From the NCBI GenBank assembly GCA_964016885.1, contig OZ024757.1, positions 18,042,001 through 18,106,000 of the forward strand: DNA of 64,000 nt, in the 5' to 3' direction. The position numbers and the translations under genes were made by a program. This document shows, one piece after another, positions 12,947-27,400 of the stretch (the stretch's first letter is position 1; every line of letters starts with the position of its first letter). This stretch comes from Eledone cirrhosa (taxonomy: Eukaryota). The notes below the pieces were generated by a model. That model did no database searches and had not been told where the DNA came from. It worked only from the letters and a program-made list of their open reading frames with translations.

Positions 12947-12982
<36 letters not shown>

Positions 12983-13021
12983 GTGTGTGTATATATATAT
13001 GTGTGTATGTGTATATATATA

Positions 13022-13053
<32 letters not shown>

Positions 13054-13135
13054 CACACATAATTATATATATACATACATATATATATATACACATATAT
13101 ATATATATGTATATGCATATATATATATATGTATA

Positions 13136-13200
<65 letters not shown>

Positions 13201-13325
13201 GCATATATATATATATATATATACCTATATATATATACCTATATATATATACCTATATATATATATATACCTATATATATACCTATATATATACCTATAT
13301 ATATATACATATATATATACCTATA

Positions 13326-13359
<34 letters not shown>

Positions 13360-13546
13360 CCTATATATATATATATATATACCTATATATATATACCTAT
13401 ACCTATATATATATACCTATACCTATATATATATATATATACATACACACACACAAACACACATATACACATATTTATACGTATACATATGGATACATAC
13501 ATTCATTCCTACATATACAAGTGCATATATATGTATATATATATAC

Positions 13547-13579
<33 letters not shown>

Positions 13580-13696
13580 TACAAATAAATTAACGTATAT
13601 GTATGCGTATATACATGCATACCTACTTGTGTGTGTGTGTGTGGTGTGTGTGGTGTGTGTGGTGTGTGTGGTGTGTGTGGTGTGTGTGGTGTGTGT

Positions 13697-13748
<52 letters not shown>

Positions 13749-14094
13749 AATATACGTACGCGTATAATATCTCTCTCGTTTTATCTATGTTTCTCACTCT
13801 CTATGTTAGTGTCTCTGTTACAATCTCCCAATCTCTAATTCCATCATTCCATCATTCCATCCAACACCGACACCCTGTCTTTAGTGCTTTCACTCTAAGC
13901 ATCGTTTCAATTCCATCCATTAAACGAAGCTTCTTGCTTGTCTTTCACAACTGATCCACATTAAAATCCTGGTAAACAGCCATTAGTTTTATGTCTTAAG
14001 AATTAGCAAATCTGACAATTCCAACTTTCACATCCATATAGCTGATTCTACTGCTTTCTAGTGGTCGCTGAAACACTCTAGCCAAACGAATATT

Positions 14095-14162
<68 letters not shown>

Positions 14163-14447
14163 TCTCTGCTACCTGAACTTCCCTTAATTTATCCAGTTTT
14201 CTTTTCGCTCCTGAAGAACAGAGGACGATAAAGTACATCGAGCTTATCTCATCTTACCAATGAATATAGTGAACTATTACACTAATCTCATACGCGAAAG
14301 ATGGTTGTAGACAATAGAGGCTACATTAAAAAATAACTTTATTAATGTTTTCTTTACTAGTATTGAATGTATTTTCAAATATAATTCGTTTGAATGTTCT
14401 AGCTTTTTCTTTTCATACCGAGTATTAGAGATTATTGACCCGACGAC

Positions 14448-14502
<55 letters not shown>

Positions 14503-14538
14503 TGTAATTGTATGTATATATATATATATATATATGTA

Positions 14539-15140
14539 TGTCAGGTCACCAGTTGGTGCTACTGGTAACATGTATCCCAGTACAACCTGACTCATGGTCG
14601 AGTCGTTGGCGACTAAACTGGCAACCCTACCAAGGTTTCTTGGTGAGGAGGGTGACTTTGGACATCCTGCAGGACTAAAAACAAAACCTGTCAAAGGGCA
14701 AAGGAGCTCTTAAGAGTCAATGGCCATCCAAAATCACCGGGAGAGATGACTCCTTAGCCTTTGTCAAGGCAGAATTCTAGGAGAAGGAAAACTCTGATAT
14801 AACACCTGCAACCCTGATGGTATCCATGTTGACTTGTTCTTCTTTTCGGTAAATATCATCTTGGTTAAGAGAGTGGGACTGGCTTTGTGCAGTGCCTTTG
14901 CTCACTATAAAAGCTTCACAGCACTTGCATTGCTTTATATCTGGAGATCTCTCTGCACTTGTCACATGGTACCATGTGCCCAGCACTATGTGTCAGTAAT
15001 TATCACAGGTGTAGTGTTTGTACCAGAGTTTTCAAGTCGCTGGCTGGACTGAAAAGTCACACTCGTTCAGCGCATCGGTAGGGGTCCTCCTACAAGGATA
15101 TAAAGTAGTGGCCGTACTCGAAAACGAGTTGGCAGCCACC
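14539..15140 (+). mobile_element. Dispersed non-coding repeat with RTE-5'UTR-like motif
   Basis: ctaggagaaggaaaactctgat motif resembles RTE 5' UTRs; a highly similar partial copy lies at 43880-44283. Confidence 0.6.
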
Positions 15141-15180
15141 ATATATCTATGTATGTATGTGTGTGTATATATATATATAT

Positions 15181-17186
15181 CAAAGGCTTTCCTCAACTCA
15201 ATGAAAGTTAAGAGAGCAGGAAAGCTCTAGCTCCCTCTAATATCTTCAGTATCAGGATGTGACTGGTGGTTGATCTTCCCTCTCTGAAGCCATTCTGCTT
15301 GTCCCTGAGCTTCTCGGTCTGGATCCTGTTAAGAATCATCCTGTTGAAGCTCACGTCAGTGAGACCCCCCCCCCCTGTAGTTATTGGTGTTAGAGAGATC
15401 TCCCTTCTTTGTCACTGGGATGATGTTAGTGATCCTCCACTGATTCGGGGCAACTCCTTTCTCCAGTGCCTGGTTACAGAGTTCCAGGATGATATCATCA
15501 AAATCATACCTCTTCATAACCTCTGATGCTACTCCATCTTCTCCATGAGCCTTGCCCACCTTGATCCTCTTCTTGGCACTCTGAAGTTCCTCTCTGGCGA
15601 AGGGTCCTGTCTCAATATCCAGTTCTTCAAACAGCGGCCTGATCTCCCCAGTGTTCTGGGCTGTGGAGGGTGGCTCTCCTAGTAGGGTCCTTAACTGGTC
15701 CAGCCATTTCCTCTTCCTATCTTCGGGCCCTGTGATCTCGATGATCATCCAGCTCTCCTTACACCCAGACGTGTCAAACGCACTCTCCACACTTCTGATC
15801 TTCTCTATCAGCGCCTCCTCTCTGGCCTCAGTGTAAGCGGTAGAGACTTCTTCCCTCATCACCTCCACATTCTCCTCCTCCTCCTCCTCCGTAGGATCAG
15901 CATAAAATTAGTCCTTGGCAGCTGTCAAGTGTTCTCTGGCTGCACACACTTTTGGGTCTGCAGAGCTGACGTGCTTCCTCTTCTCTCTCCTCCGCACTGG
16001 GGTCTCACTTGCTTCCGACACTGCATTGGTGAAGAACCCGTACCTCCTCATCACATTCTCCTCAGTCCCTCCAATCTCTCTCTCCTGTCTCTCCACACAG
16101 AGCACTGAACCTGTTCCTCACTTCCACCGAGTGCCTCTCCTGTAGCTTAACTTCCTTGAAAGCTCTCCAGTCACAGATTGCTCTCCGGGACTGAACCTTG
16201 CTCTTTCTTAAGCTCACTTGGACCTAACTCATAAAAAAGCCGGAGGTCACTTCCCAGTGTACTGAAATAGTTATATGGTTCTGTGTTCAGAACGTTTTTC
16301 CCCCACTTTTTTCCTCAATCTGGGACTTGAACAGGTGCATATCTGAGATGTAGGTCCACATCTTCCTAAACCTTAGGTTGGTTGCCATCAAGTTCGCCTC
16401 CAGCAGGGTGTCTCTCAGTAGTCTTCCATTTCGGTTGGTGTTGTTATGGAAGTAGCAGCAAAGATCTTCATTGCTCTCCTTACTCAGATGTGCATTGAAG
16501 TCCCCCAGAACAAGCAGGATGTTATGAGCTGGTGTGGTGTTGACAGCTTTCCACACTTCCTCATCGAACTCCTATGCACTCACACCACCGTCTCCCTCGG
16601 CTGGACTATAGGCTGAGATGACTGTCAATGTTGGGTTTCCATTGAAGATCACCCTCAATATTTGCAGGGAGACAGGTATGATTTCCCTCACCAATAGATT
16701 GGTTTTTGCACAGATCACAAAACCCACTCCGACTGCAGCATCCGTTGTGTTTCTCACTGCTGATGTGGTGATGAGCTGGCCTCTCTTCCCAATCATCACT
16801 CTCTTCACGGGCTCATCATGCAGGATCCTGTGTTCTTGGATCGCAAGTATCTGCATACCACTCACCTTGAACAGATGACCCAACTCCTCTCTCTTCTCCA
16901 GCGTTCGAAAAGTCCTCACATTCAGAGTGCCCATCTTAATGGCTCTTCTGCAGGACAAAACTGCATTCTTTATATTTATCTCAGAGACAGCTGATCCATC
17001 ATCCACTGGCCCTCCCTTTGGCTCTAAAAAATCAGAGTCATAAAGACCAGGCTGCTCCTTGACAGTGTAGTTAGGGGTTCTAACCCTAGTGCTGTTAAAT
17101 ACTCTCTCCATGGTTCTTTTCAATGGCTGATAGTACCTTACCGGCGCCACTCGAATAAGCATTTGATTCTGTGGACTGTCACTGCC
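15181..17186 (-). pseudogene. RTE-clade LINE, 5' part (APE endonuclease to RT N-terminus), inverted and frameshifted
   Basis: MGTLNVRT, ILAIQEHR, VISAYSP, LGDFNAH, NRNG, KAHGEDG, IIPVTKKGDLSNTNNYRG, QNGFREGRSTT; ends at FIELRKAFD. Confidence 0.9.
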
Positions 17187-18145
17187 TGATGATCTTACAG
17201 GCTTATGGAATCCCACGAGGATAGTGGACCTGGTATCACTGCTCTACTTCAACACCAAAGAACAAGTCATTACACCTGATGGGATGACGGAGTTCTTTGA
17301 GATATTGGCCGGATTGCTCCAGGCAGATACATTTGCTCCCAACCATTTTATTATCGCAGTGTACTATTGTATGCGCCTTTCCTGGAGAAACACCGGGACT
17401 CTGGCTTTATTGTAGCACTGGCTCAGAGCAGGAGAGTTAAGGCGAAAAAGATATCAGATGCTGAATTTACTGACGGCATAGTTCTGATGACAAACACAGT
17501 GAAGGAGGCAGAGGAGTTGATGCAGGAGGTGGAGGCTGTGTCGATGCGTGTGGGGCTGACAATGAATGAGATTAAGACGAAGTATCTGGTAGAGAATATT
17601 AAGAAGCCAGAGAAGATTACTAATGTAGGCGAGCAGCCGCTAGAATTGGTTGAAGACTTCCTGTATCTGGGGGCAAATATATATATATATATATATATAT
17701 ATAGAAGATGATGTAGTTGAGAGGAAGAGCAAAGCCTGAGCGGCATGCCACAGTTTGAGATCGGTGTGGAAGTCAGACCTTCGTAAATACCTGAAGATCC
17801 GTCTTTTCGTTGCTGTAGTGGAGTCTGTGCTGCTGCACGGCTCTGAGACTTGGACACTGGCCAATAAACTCACTCAGATGGTGGGCGGGGGTTACACGAG
17901 AATACTGAGGATGGCTCTGAATATTAATCAGTATACACTGAGGATGAAGAACTTAGAGCTGTACGGAAGCCCTCCAAAAGTCAGCTCGAAGTAGCACAGA
18001 GGAGATTGAGATCAGTTGGACATGCTCACCGACATTCAGAGTTGACATTGCACTCAGTGCTCCTGTGGGGGATCTCCTACACGGACACACTAGCTGAGGG
18101 AGAACGAGGTTGATATATGTTGATGCCATAAGGACTGACACAGGT
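17187..18145 (+). pseudogene. RTE-clade LINE, 3' part (RT core and C-terminus)
   Basis: ILQAYGIP, VITPDGMTEFFEILAGLLQADTFAP, EFTDGIVL, VEDFLYLG, VESVLLHGSETWTL; (TA)n expansion at 17677-17703. Confidence 0.9.
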
Positions 18146-18441
18146 TTCTTGTGTCAGATTAAAATGAAATAAACTTATCCAAGTAACCTGGGTAATGTAG
18201 TTTCAGAATATATATGGTTACGGGGGTCTATCTCCAAAATCATAGGAGCAGTTCGTGAACACTCAAACAAACAGACAGAAACTACAACTTTATATATATA
18301 GATATATACATACACCCATACATATATAAGTAAACATACACGCGCACACACACACATATATATATATATACATATATACAAACATGTATGCATGCACTCA
18401 CACATTTATACAAACATTTTTACATACCCATACATATATAT

Positions 18442-18550
18442 AAAACAAATCTGTATTGTATTTTATCTGATGAAAGCGCACCATAATTTGCCTTGAAGAC
18501 CCTTGAAATATGTATAATAAAATAAATATGGTTTTATAAATATAGTTTCT
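18442..18550 (+). mobile_element. Family A arm (solo) with hammerhead motif
   Basis: ttttatCTGATGAaagcgcaccataatttgcc..cttGAAAtatgtataat, close to 2350-2440. Confidence 0.8.
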
Positions 18551-18587
18551 GTGCGTGTGTTGTTGGCACACACACACACACAGAAAC

Positions 18588-18896
18588 AAGATGGCGTAGG
18601 ACAGAAAAAAGGAGAGGCACAAAAACAAAGAAAAGAATCCCCAGTCACTGAAGAGGTCACAGAATGTGTGACGAAAGAACTTTGACAATATATAAACAAC
18701 CATCTGGTTGTGGAACCAACCAACCAACCGGAAATTTATAAATTCCGAAATTTATAAATTTATTATAATAAATTGAAGTGACACATCTGGTGCGTGTGAT
18801 TCTTATTGGCAACATGACCCTCCCAAAGTATAACAATATCGGTTTCAACACACGTTTTCAGATAAAGAATCTTGCTAAACAAATTCAGAAACGAAA
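18588..18896 (+). mobile_element. PLE-like terminal repeat, family B, with hammerhead
   Basis: gtca CTGAAGA g gtcac..gtgac GAAA gaac TT tgac (18644-18686), stem I gtca/tgac; homologous to 3680-3955. Confidence 0.65.
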
Positions 18897-19029
18897 TATA
18901 TATATATAAATATATAAATATATATATAAATTTTAGTACAGCATTGACGAAGCTTTAGAATACGGCCAAGCTAGCGTATATGCATAATCGGTCTATGATC
19001 GTCAGATTCCAATATTATTATATATGTAG

Positions 19030-19071
<42 letters not shown>

Positions 19072-19177
19072 TTTTTCCTCATGTGCTTTTTCATAATTAC
19101 ACATGAAGGCGAACTAGCCAGTTTTAGAATTCCCCTTTTCGGATTATATTACTCTGAGAGCCCTGGTTTTCTGTTGA

Positions 19178-19258
19178 GCTCTGCTGATGAATGAAATCCA
19201 ACCGTGACCAGCTCCACTGAAAGTTTTCATGAAATAGTCTTTTAAGACTATACAGAGC
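19178..19258 (+). ncRNA. Complete type I hammerhead ribozyme
   Basis: Stem I gctctg/cagagc; CTGATGA 19184-19190; stem II atgaaa/tttcat; GAAA 19231-19234; stem III atagtct/agactat with 4 nt loop; AUA triplet, predicted cut after 19252. Confidence 0.8.
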
Positions 19259-19511
19259 ATTTGATGTTATTCCAAATTGAAGGATAAGTGTTTCAAACTT
19301 TATTTTATCATGAGTTAAAGGTCTATAGATTTTTCCCTGGATTTCACTAAATTCTGTGGATGAATTTATATCCTGATTCTCTTTTGAGATGAGTTTGCGT
19401 TATTTTTCCTAAATCTTTCGTTAACTACTTTTCTCATCTTGACGTTATAGTCGCATATATGTTATAGAATGCCATTAGCTTCTTGCTAAAACAATCTCTA
19501 TACCTCTCATT

Positions 19512-19568
<57 letters not shown>

Positions 19569-20253
19569 ATATATACAGCTACATATATAATCATATTGGA
19601 AGCTGACGATCTTACTCTCTGCTATTCTTAGTTTTATTGCTCCGATCAGTTTAGTGCTTGTGATAATACCAGAGAGTTGTGCTGGCTATGTCAGGGAATG
19701 GTGTTTTTTAAAGTATTTCTAAAAACATTTATCGATATTATTTCGTTTCCAAAATGTCACAATTTTCTCAACTATAAAAAAAATGGCCATATTTCAAAAC
19801 ATTCTATCTTTGATTTTCAAGTATTTTTTTGTTTTGTTTCAGTAGAAGGAGGTGAGACAATAATAATAATAATGAAAACATTACTGCTGTCTAAAATGTT
19901 ATTGAAGTCTTTGCCGCATTTATCTCATATTTTGTTTTTTCTTTTCTTCTTCTTAATCTCCGTTTTCGAGACAATAAATGCGGTGAATTTTCTCATGAAT
20001 TTCATAAACACACAATGATACCTGCATATGGACATCACACTCTCTCTCTTTCTCCCCCCCCCCCCTCTCTCTCTCTCTCATATATATAAACTAAAAACAA
20101 ATAACAGCGACACAGCACAAGGGAAAAAAATATATATTAGTTTAACGATTGATAAAGTAACAAAAAAAGTGTATATATATATGTGTGTGCGTGTGTGTGT
20201 TTTTATATATATATAAATATTATATATATACATGCGAGAGTGTGTGTGTGTGT

Positions 20254-20301
<48 letters not shown>

Positions 20302-21107
20302 AAAGAGGTAAAGTATCCCTAAATGCAAAACAAACAAACAAACACACACACACACCACGCACACAATATCTGAAATAATTAGACACACTAGCCAACATAA
20401 ACACAGAGTACACACACATACTATGTCTCAAAGCTTCCACACCCAAATCCCCTACACACACACACATACACACAAGCATACAAACACGCATAAACACACA
20501 CAAGCATACAAACACTCAAACATCAATAAACATGTACATATACACACACAAATACACATCACTAAACATATACACACACAACCACACACACACACACGTC
20601 ACTAAACATGTACATATACACCACTCAAACACACACATACATCACTAAACATATACACACACAACACACACACATCACTAAATACACACTGACATCACTA
20701 AATATACACACAGACACACACACATCGTTATACGTACAAAGATACGCACACACGATAACACATCATGACACTATCCACAAATAGAACCACATACACAGCT
20801 TAGACACATAACATCATTACTATACACACACACACGCACACAATATACACATCCACATTGATATATATATATATACACACACACACATTGATATATACTC
20901 ACACATTGATATATATATATATACACACATTGATATATACACCACCACACATTGATATATATATATATATATATAGACACGCCAACACTTTGATATATAC
21001 ACCAACTCACATTGATTATATATATATATATATATATATATACATACACACACACCAACACAAATTGACATACACACCAACACAAATTGACATATACACC
21101 AAAACAC

Positions 21108-21147
<40 letters not shown>

Positions 21148-21783
21148 CATACATACATACATACATACATACATACATACATACACACATACATACACCA
21201 ACGCAAGCTGCTACAGAAACAATATATATATAACGTATAAAAGTAAAAATCTGAAGGCAGAAATATTATCACCTTTCCTAGAAATTCATGTTAGAACACT
21301 TGTATTTTTCAGATATCACACGTAGACATTGCTTTATTTAATAAATATCAGATATGAAATAGTTTTTTACATTTTTATATTTATGCTCTGTGTGTTTTTC
21401 GGTAGATTACATATTATTGATTGTTAATTCACACCGTTTTATAAAACAAAATGTGCTGCTTCTCAGGAATACATAGTTAACAGGGAGAGCACCTAGATTA
21501 CTTGCTGTAAATATTAACACCTCTGTGTGAAGCTATTAAAATATTTTTTTTGTGTCTTAATTCATATCCATGTAAAAGTAACACCGAAATAGGGTCTTAA
21601 GACAATAAATACAACTTAAGTGTGGTTATGTATGGACGTATATATATATATATATATATATATATGCATATATATGTATGTATATATATGCATATATATG
21701 TATGTATATATATGCATATATATGTATGTATATATATATATATATGTATGTATATATATATATATGTATATATATGTATATGT

Positions 21784-21815
<32 letters not shown>

Positions 21816-21993
21816 GCATATATATGTGTGTGTGAGCATGGCTGTTTATATATAACGTACATAAATATATATGTATGTATATGAACACACACGTATAAAC
21901 ATATGTAAACATACACGTATAAACATAAATTGCTATACATACATGTATATATATACACACAGACACATGTATGCATATATATGTATGCATATA

Positions 21994-22067
<74 letters not shown>

Positions 22068-22309
22068 CACCATTTTTTATCCAAATATTGAAAAAAATGC
22101 CAAATGGATTCTTCGCTTGAATAATTAAATCTATTTAATTGTGTGAAATACGTAGCATTAAATACGAACAAGTTGGGAGCGGCAAATGGAAGAAGTATTA
22201 TGGCTTGTTGTTGGGGTTGGGATGGGGGGTGTATGGTTCTGTCACATGTAACAGGGAGGGAGATGATAACCCCGAAATGAGAGATAAAATGTGAGCCTAT
22301 ATACACAAT

Positions 22310-22313
22310 ATAT

Positions 22314-22357
<44 letters not shown>

Positions 22358-22590
22358 TTAATATATATTTCATATATACATATATATATTATATAATATA
22401 TATATATATTATATATTATATATATATGTATTATATATTATATAATATATATATATATTATATAGATATTATACACATTATATTATATATATATATTATA
22501 TAATATATGTATATGTATTATATATTATATAATATATATATTTTATATAGATATTATATTATATATATATATATATATTATAATAATATA

Positions 22591-22622
<32 letters not shown>

Positions 22623-23849
22623 TACATATATATATATATATTACACATATATATATATATATTACACACATATATATATATATATTACACATATATATAT
22701 ATATATATTACATATAGATATATATTACATATATATATATATATTACACATATATATATATATATTACACATATATATATATATATATTACACATATATA
22801 TATATATATATTACACATATATATATATATTACACATATATATATATATATATTACATATAGATATATATATTACATATAGATATATATATTACATATAT
22901 ATATATATATATATATTACATATATATATATATTACATATATTACATATATATATATATTACATATATATATATATATTACATATATATATTACATATAT
23001 ATATATATATATATATTACACACATATATATATATATATATATATTACATATATATATATATATTACATATATATATATATATTATATATATTACATATA
23101 TATATATATTACATATATATATATATATTACACATATATATATATATATTACACATATATATATATATATATTACACATATATATATATATATATTACAT
23201 ATAGATATATATTACATATATATATATATATTACACATATATATATATATATTACACATATATATATATATATATTACACATATATATATATATTACACA
23301 TATATATATATATATATTACACATATATATATATATTACACATATATATATATATATATTACATATAGATATATATATTACATATAGATATATATATTAC
23401 ATATATATATATATATATATATTACATATATATATATATTACATATATATATATATTACATATATATATATATTACATATATATATTACATATATATATA
23501 TATATATATATTACACACATATATATATATATATATATATTACATATATATATATATATTACATATATATATATATATTATATATATTACATATATATAT
23601 ATATTACATATATATATATATAACATATATTTACATATATTATATATATTACATATATATATATATTACATATATTTACATATATTATATATATATATAT
23701 TACATATATATATTACATATATTTACATATATTATATATATATATATTACATATATATATATATTACATATACTTACATATATATATATTTTACACATAT
23801 ATATTACATATATATATATATTACATATACTTACATATATATATATTTT

Positions 23850-23907
<58 letters not shown>

Positions 23908-24600
23908 TACATATATATATTACATATATATATATATATTACATATATATATTACATATATATATATATATTACATATATATATTACATATATATATAAA
24001 TATTACATATATATATTATATATATATATAAATATTACATATATATATTACATATATATATAAATATTACATATATATATTACATATATATATTACATAT
24101 ATAAATATATATATATTACATATATAAATATATATATATTACATATATAAATATATATATATTACATATATATATATATATTACATATATATATATTACA
24201 TATATATATATATATTACATATATATATATATATTACATATATATATATATATTACATATATAAATATATATATTACATATATAAATATATATATTACAT
24301 ATATAAATTACATATATATATATATATATATTACATATATAAATATATATATTACATATATATATATATTACATATATAAATATATATATTACATATATA
24401 TATATATATTACATATATATATATATATTACATATATATATATATATATATTACATATATATATATATATTACATATATATATATATATATATTACTTAT
24501 ATAAATCTATATATTACATATATAAATATATATATTACATATATAAATATATATATTACATACATATATATATGTATATATATATAATACATTTATATGT
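22310..24600. repeat. Degenerate (TA)n / ttaca(ta)n low-complexity tract
   Basis: Directly visible, with internal block duplications. Confidence 0.95.
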
Positions 24601-24957
24601 GTGTGTGTATATCTATACATATATACCGCACACACAATATATATATATATATATTTATATATAAACACACAAACGTGTGTGTATGTGTGTACGACTTTGA
24701 TGTTTGATCTGCCTCAGTAAATATAATATATGTTATGAATAGATCTCCTCTTGCTTGAATATACGTATTAAATATTAGAAGGAAACAGAAAACAAGAAAA
24801 TATATAGAAAACTAAATAGGAATAAAATATAAACTGGCAATAAAAGAGAGAAACGAATGAAATTTGTTGTTGGGGAAATAATGTTTCTACAATAAATTCA
24901 GATGGAATCTTTCTATGTGAAATTATAACGTGCTTTTAACTTCAGAATTATTTCTTA

Positions 24958-25240
24958 ATAAATATGTTAGATTCACAATAAACACAATATACCATGATAT
25001 ATGTTATACATATGTTAGATTCACAATAAACACAATATACCATGGTATATGTTATAAATATGTTAGATTCATAGTAAACACAGTATACTATGGTATATGT
25101 TATAAATATGTTAGATTCATAATAAACACAGTATACCACGGTTTATGTTATAAATACGATAGATTCACAATAAACACGATATACCATGGTTTATGTGATA
25201 AATACGATAGATTCATAATAAACACGATATACCATGGTAT
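24958..25240. repeat. 48 bp minisatellite, about 6 copies
   Basis: Unit ataaatatgttagattcacaataaacacaatataccatggtatatgtt; gives the 16 aa periodicity of ORF 24930-25274. Confidence 0.95.
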
Positions 25241-25975
25241 AAGTAATTTAGTGGGATACATTAAAAATGATTAGATAAACTGATATACTAGCAATTAGCT
25301 GAAAATGGGATTTTTAAAATAAAACATTAAGAGAACATATAAAAAAATAACAAAAACAATCAAGGGACATAACTCAAATAAGATGAAGTGATAACAGTTT
25401 TGAGAGAATAATATCCCTGTAAATTGTGGAACTGGACTTAAAGACGTGGGCTGAAAGCAACATGCACGTTTTGGTAGTATTTCATCTCATCAGCTAAGCA
25501 TAATGTATGCACACTACATAATAAAATGTGATTATACAATATATATATAAGGAGAGGGGGAGCGAGAGACGGAGAGGAGAGAGGGAGCGAGAGAGAGAGA
25601 AGAGGGGGAGAAGACGGGGAGAGGTGGGAGAAAGAGGAGAGAGAAGGGTAGAATAAAGGACGGAAATGGAGAGAGAAGGGGAGAATAAAGGACGGAAATG
25701 GAGAGAGAAGAGGAGAATTAAAGGCGGAGAGGGAGAGAGAAAAAGAGAGAGGCGTGGTGTCTAGTGACGCTGATTCTGAATATTAAAGTACACGAGTCGA
25801 TACTTCAAAGGATGAGAGTGCGAAAGGGAGACATCCGTTTCAGCATGTTTGACTAGTAGTTTATTTATCGACCTATAAGCGATGTAGGTTGGTACTGCAC
25901 CTCAGAGCTGGATTTCAAAATAGAATTCAGAGGCTAGAACAAATCAAATGAAATCAAATCAAAGCATTATGTTAT

Positions 25976-26153
25976 TGGCAGTATCGGTAGAGGGTCGGAC
26001 GCCATGCTTTGAAGCATAGAGTTACCTCCCTTTATGATCTGAGTTCAAATCCCGCCGAGGTTAACTTTACCTTTCATCCTTACAGGATCGATAAAATAAA
26101 GTACCAGTAATGCACTGGGATAATTGCTGGCCTTGTGCCAAAAGTAGAAAAAA
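25976..26153 (+). mobile_element. tRNA-derived SINE
   Basis: Near-full copy. Confidence 0.9.
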
Positions 26154-26199
26154 TTATGTTCTATATTCTATCGACAACTCTTCTAAATCCACTGCCGCC

Positions 26200-26480
26200 T
26201 CTCCGCCCACACATTCCCTAGATTGTCGTGGGGTCAGAGTCCCCAAACACTCCTTCCAGCGAGTCCTGTCAGAACCAACCGTGTTCTAACTGATGCAACA
26301 GGATCCCCAACTGAGACCAGACCAGCCAAGCTCATGGATGGTATCCAAACATATTGCTCGAAGTCTACCCCCGGGTCTCGTGCCGGTCGGTTATGCTAGT
26401 AAAATCTGTCCAGCGATCCTTTCCTGAGACATTCTAAACACATGCTCATAGTACTGGATCTGTTATCTCTCAATTTGGAG
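26200..26480 (-). mobile_element. Degenerate RTE-like LINE 3' end
   Basis: Minus strand reads QIQYYEHVFRMSQERIAGQILLA*PTGTRPGGRLR..DRTRWKE, matching the W.GHV.RM..RP.GRPR..DR..W pattern. Confidence 0.65.
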
Positions 26481-27168
26481 ATGTAGGGGCTCTACCTGGA
26501 GTGACACTCTGTCGATGGCGAATTGGGAGGATCAGTAGAGCGTCGGAGAGTACACTTTGCGGGGAAAATCCATCATTGTACTGCAGAAGTGTTTTTGTGT
26601 ATATTTCACAAAACTTTAAATCCTTTAAGAAGAGATTATATTCTCTGAGCACCGGTACATAGTTAAATGTTAGCAGGGACATTTCAAATATATTTGCAAA
26701 TATAGACAAAAAAATAATATTTAAATGGAATAAAAAAAGGAAAAGTAAAGAAAAGAAAAAAAGAGAATGACGGAGGAAAGGGAGAGAGGGTGGGAGGGAC
26801 AGACCTCACCCCAGTCTCAGTAGTGATTTGATCGTGTACCACAGTCAGAATGGTGAAGCTATTACCTATGAGAATGGCCATCGAGACATGTTATAACAGC
26901 CACCAAGCGGAGTTACTTCCTCAGTCGAACTGCTGCATTTCTGATGTTGCGATGAAAATTGACAATGTGGGGTCCAAGGACTCCTGAGGTCTCGACGGAT
27001 GTTCAAGCAATAACTATCAGTAAAACCATAATTGAGGAGCTAACCTCTTTATGCTTAATCCAAAAACACACAGTGGCCATGTCTATGCGAATATCAGCAA
27101 AAGGTTTTAAGAAGTCAAGCGAAACAAATAGAATTGAAGGATAGATGATAGATAGATAGATAGATAGA

Positions 27169-27400
27169 TTTCTATTTATTGCCACTAGGGCGCAAAAGAA
27201 GGGGACACATACAAGGGGGAGTTTACACAAAAAGGCGAGTAAAGAAAACAATTAACAAATATAAAATGAACAATAAAGACCTCAATAGGGAGGGGGCGTT
27301 TGGGGGGTCGCACACCTCCCCGAAAAAAGTGTGCAACCCCTTCTCCTCAGGAGCACAGAGAGAGGGTGCTCCCTCGTTCCTTCCTCTTTTCCACCTATAG
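27169..27400 (-). mobile_element. Tx1-like LINE 3' UTR inside (GATA)n
   Basis: Reverse complement of 11897-12160, with (GATA)n on both sides. Confidence 0.8.

Noticed and set aside
12815-13838. Long YI/HT/VC-rich ORFs (also 9366, 31169, 33717, 43359, 49409, 52827 and others)
   Set aside because: They are translations of dinucleotide microsatellites, which lack stop codons in several frames.
14275-14450. Mariner-like terminal sequence next to (TA)n
   Set aside because: No partner TIR or transposase seen.
17186-17192. Isolated CTGANGA heptamers (also 6914, 8463, 11945)
   Set aside because: No properly placed GAAA or stems; expected by chance.
24930-25274. 114 aa ORF with 16 aa repeats
   Set aside because: Explained by a 48 bp minisatellite; no splice or domain evidence.
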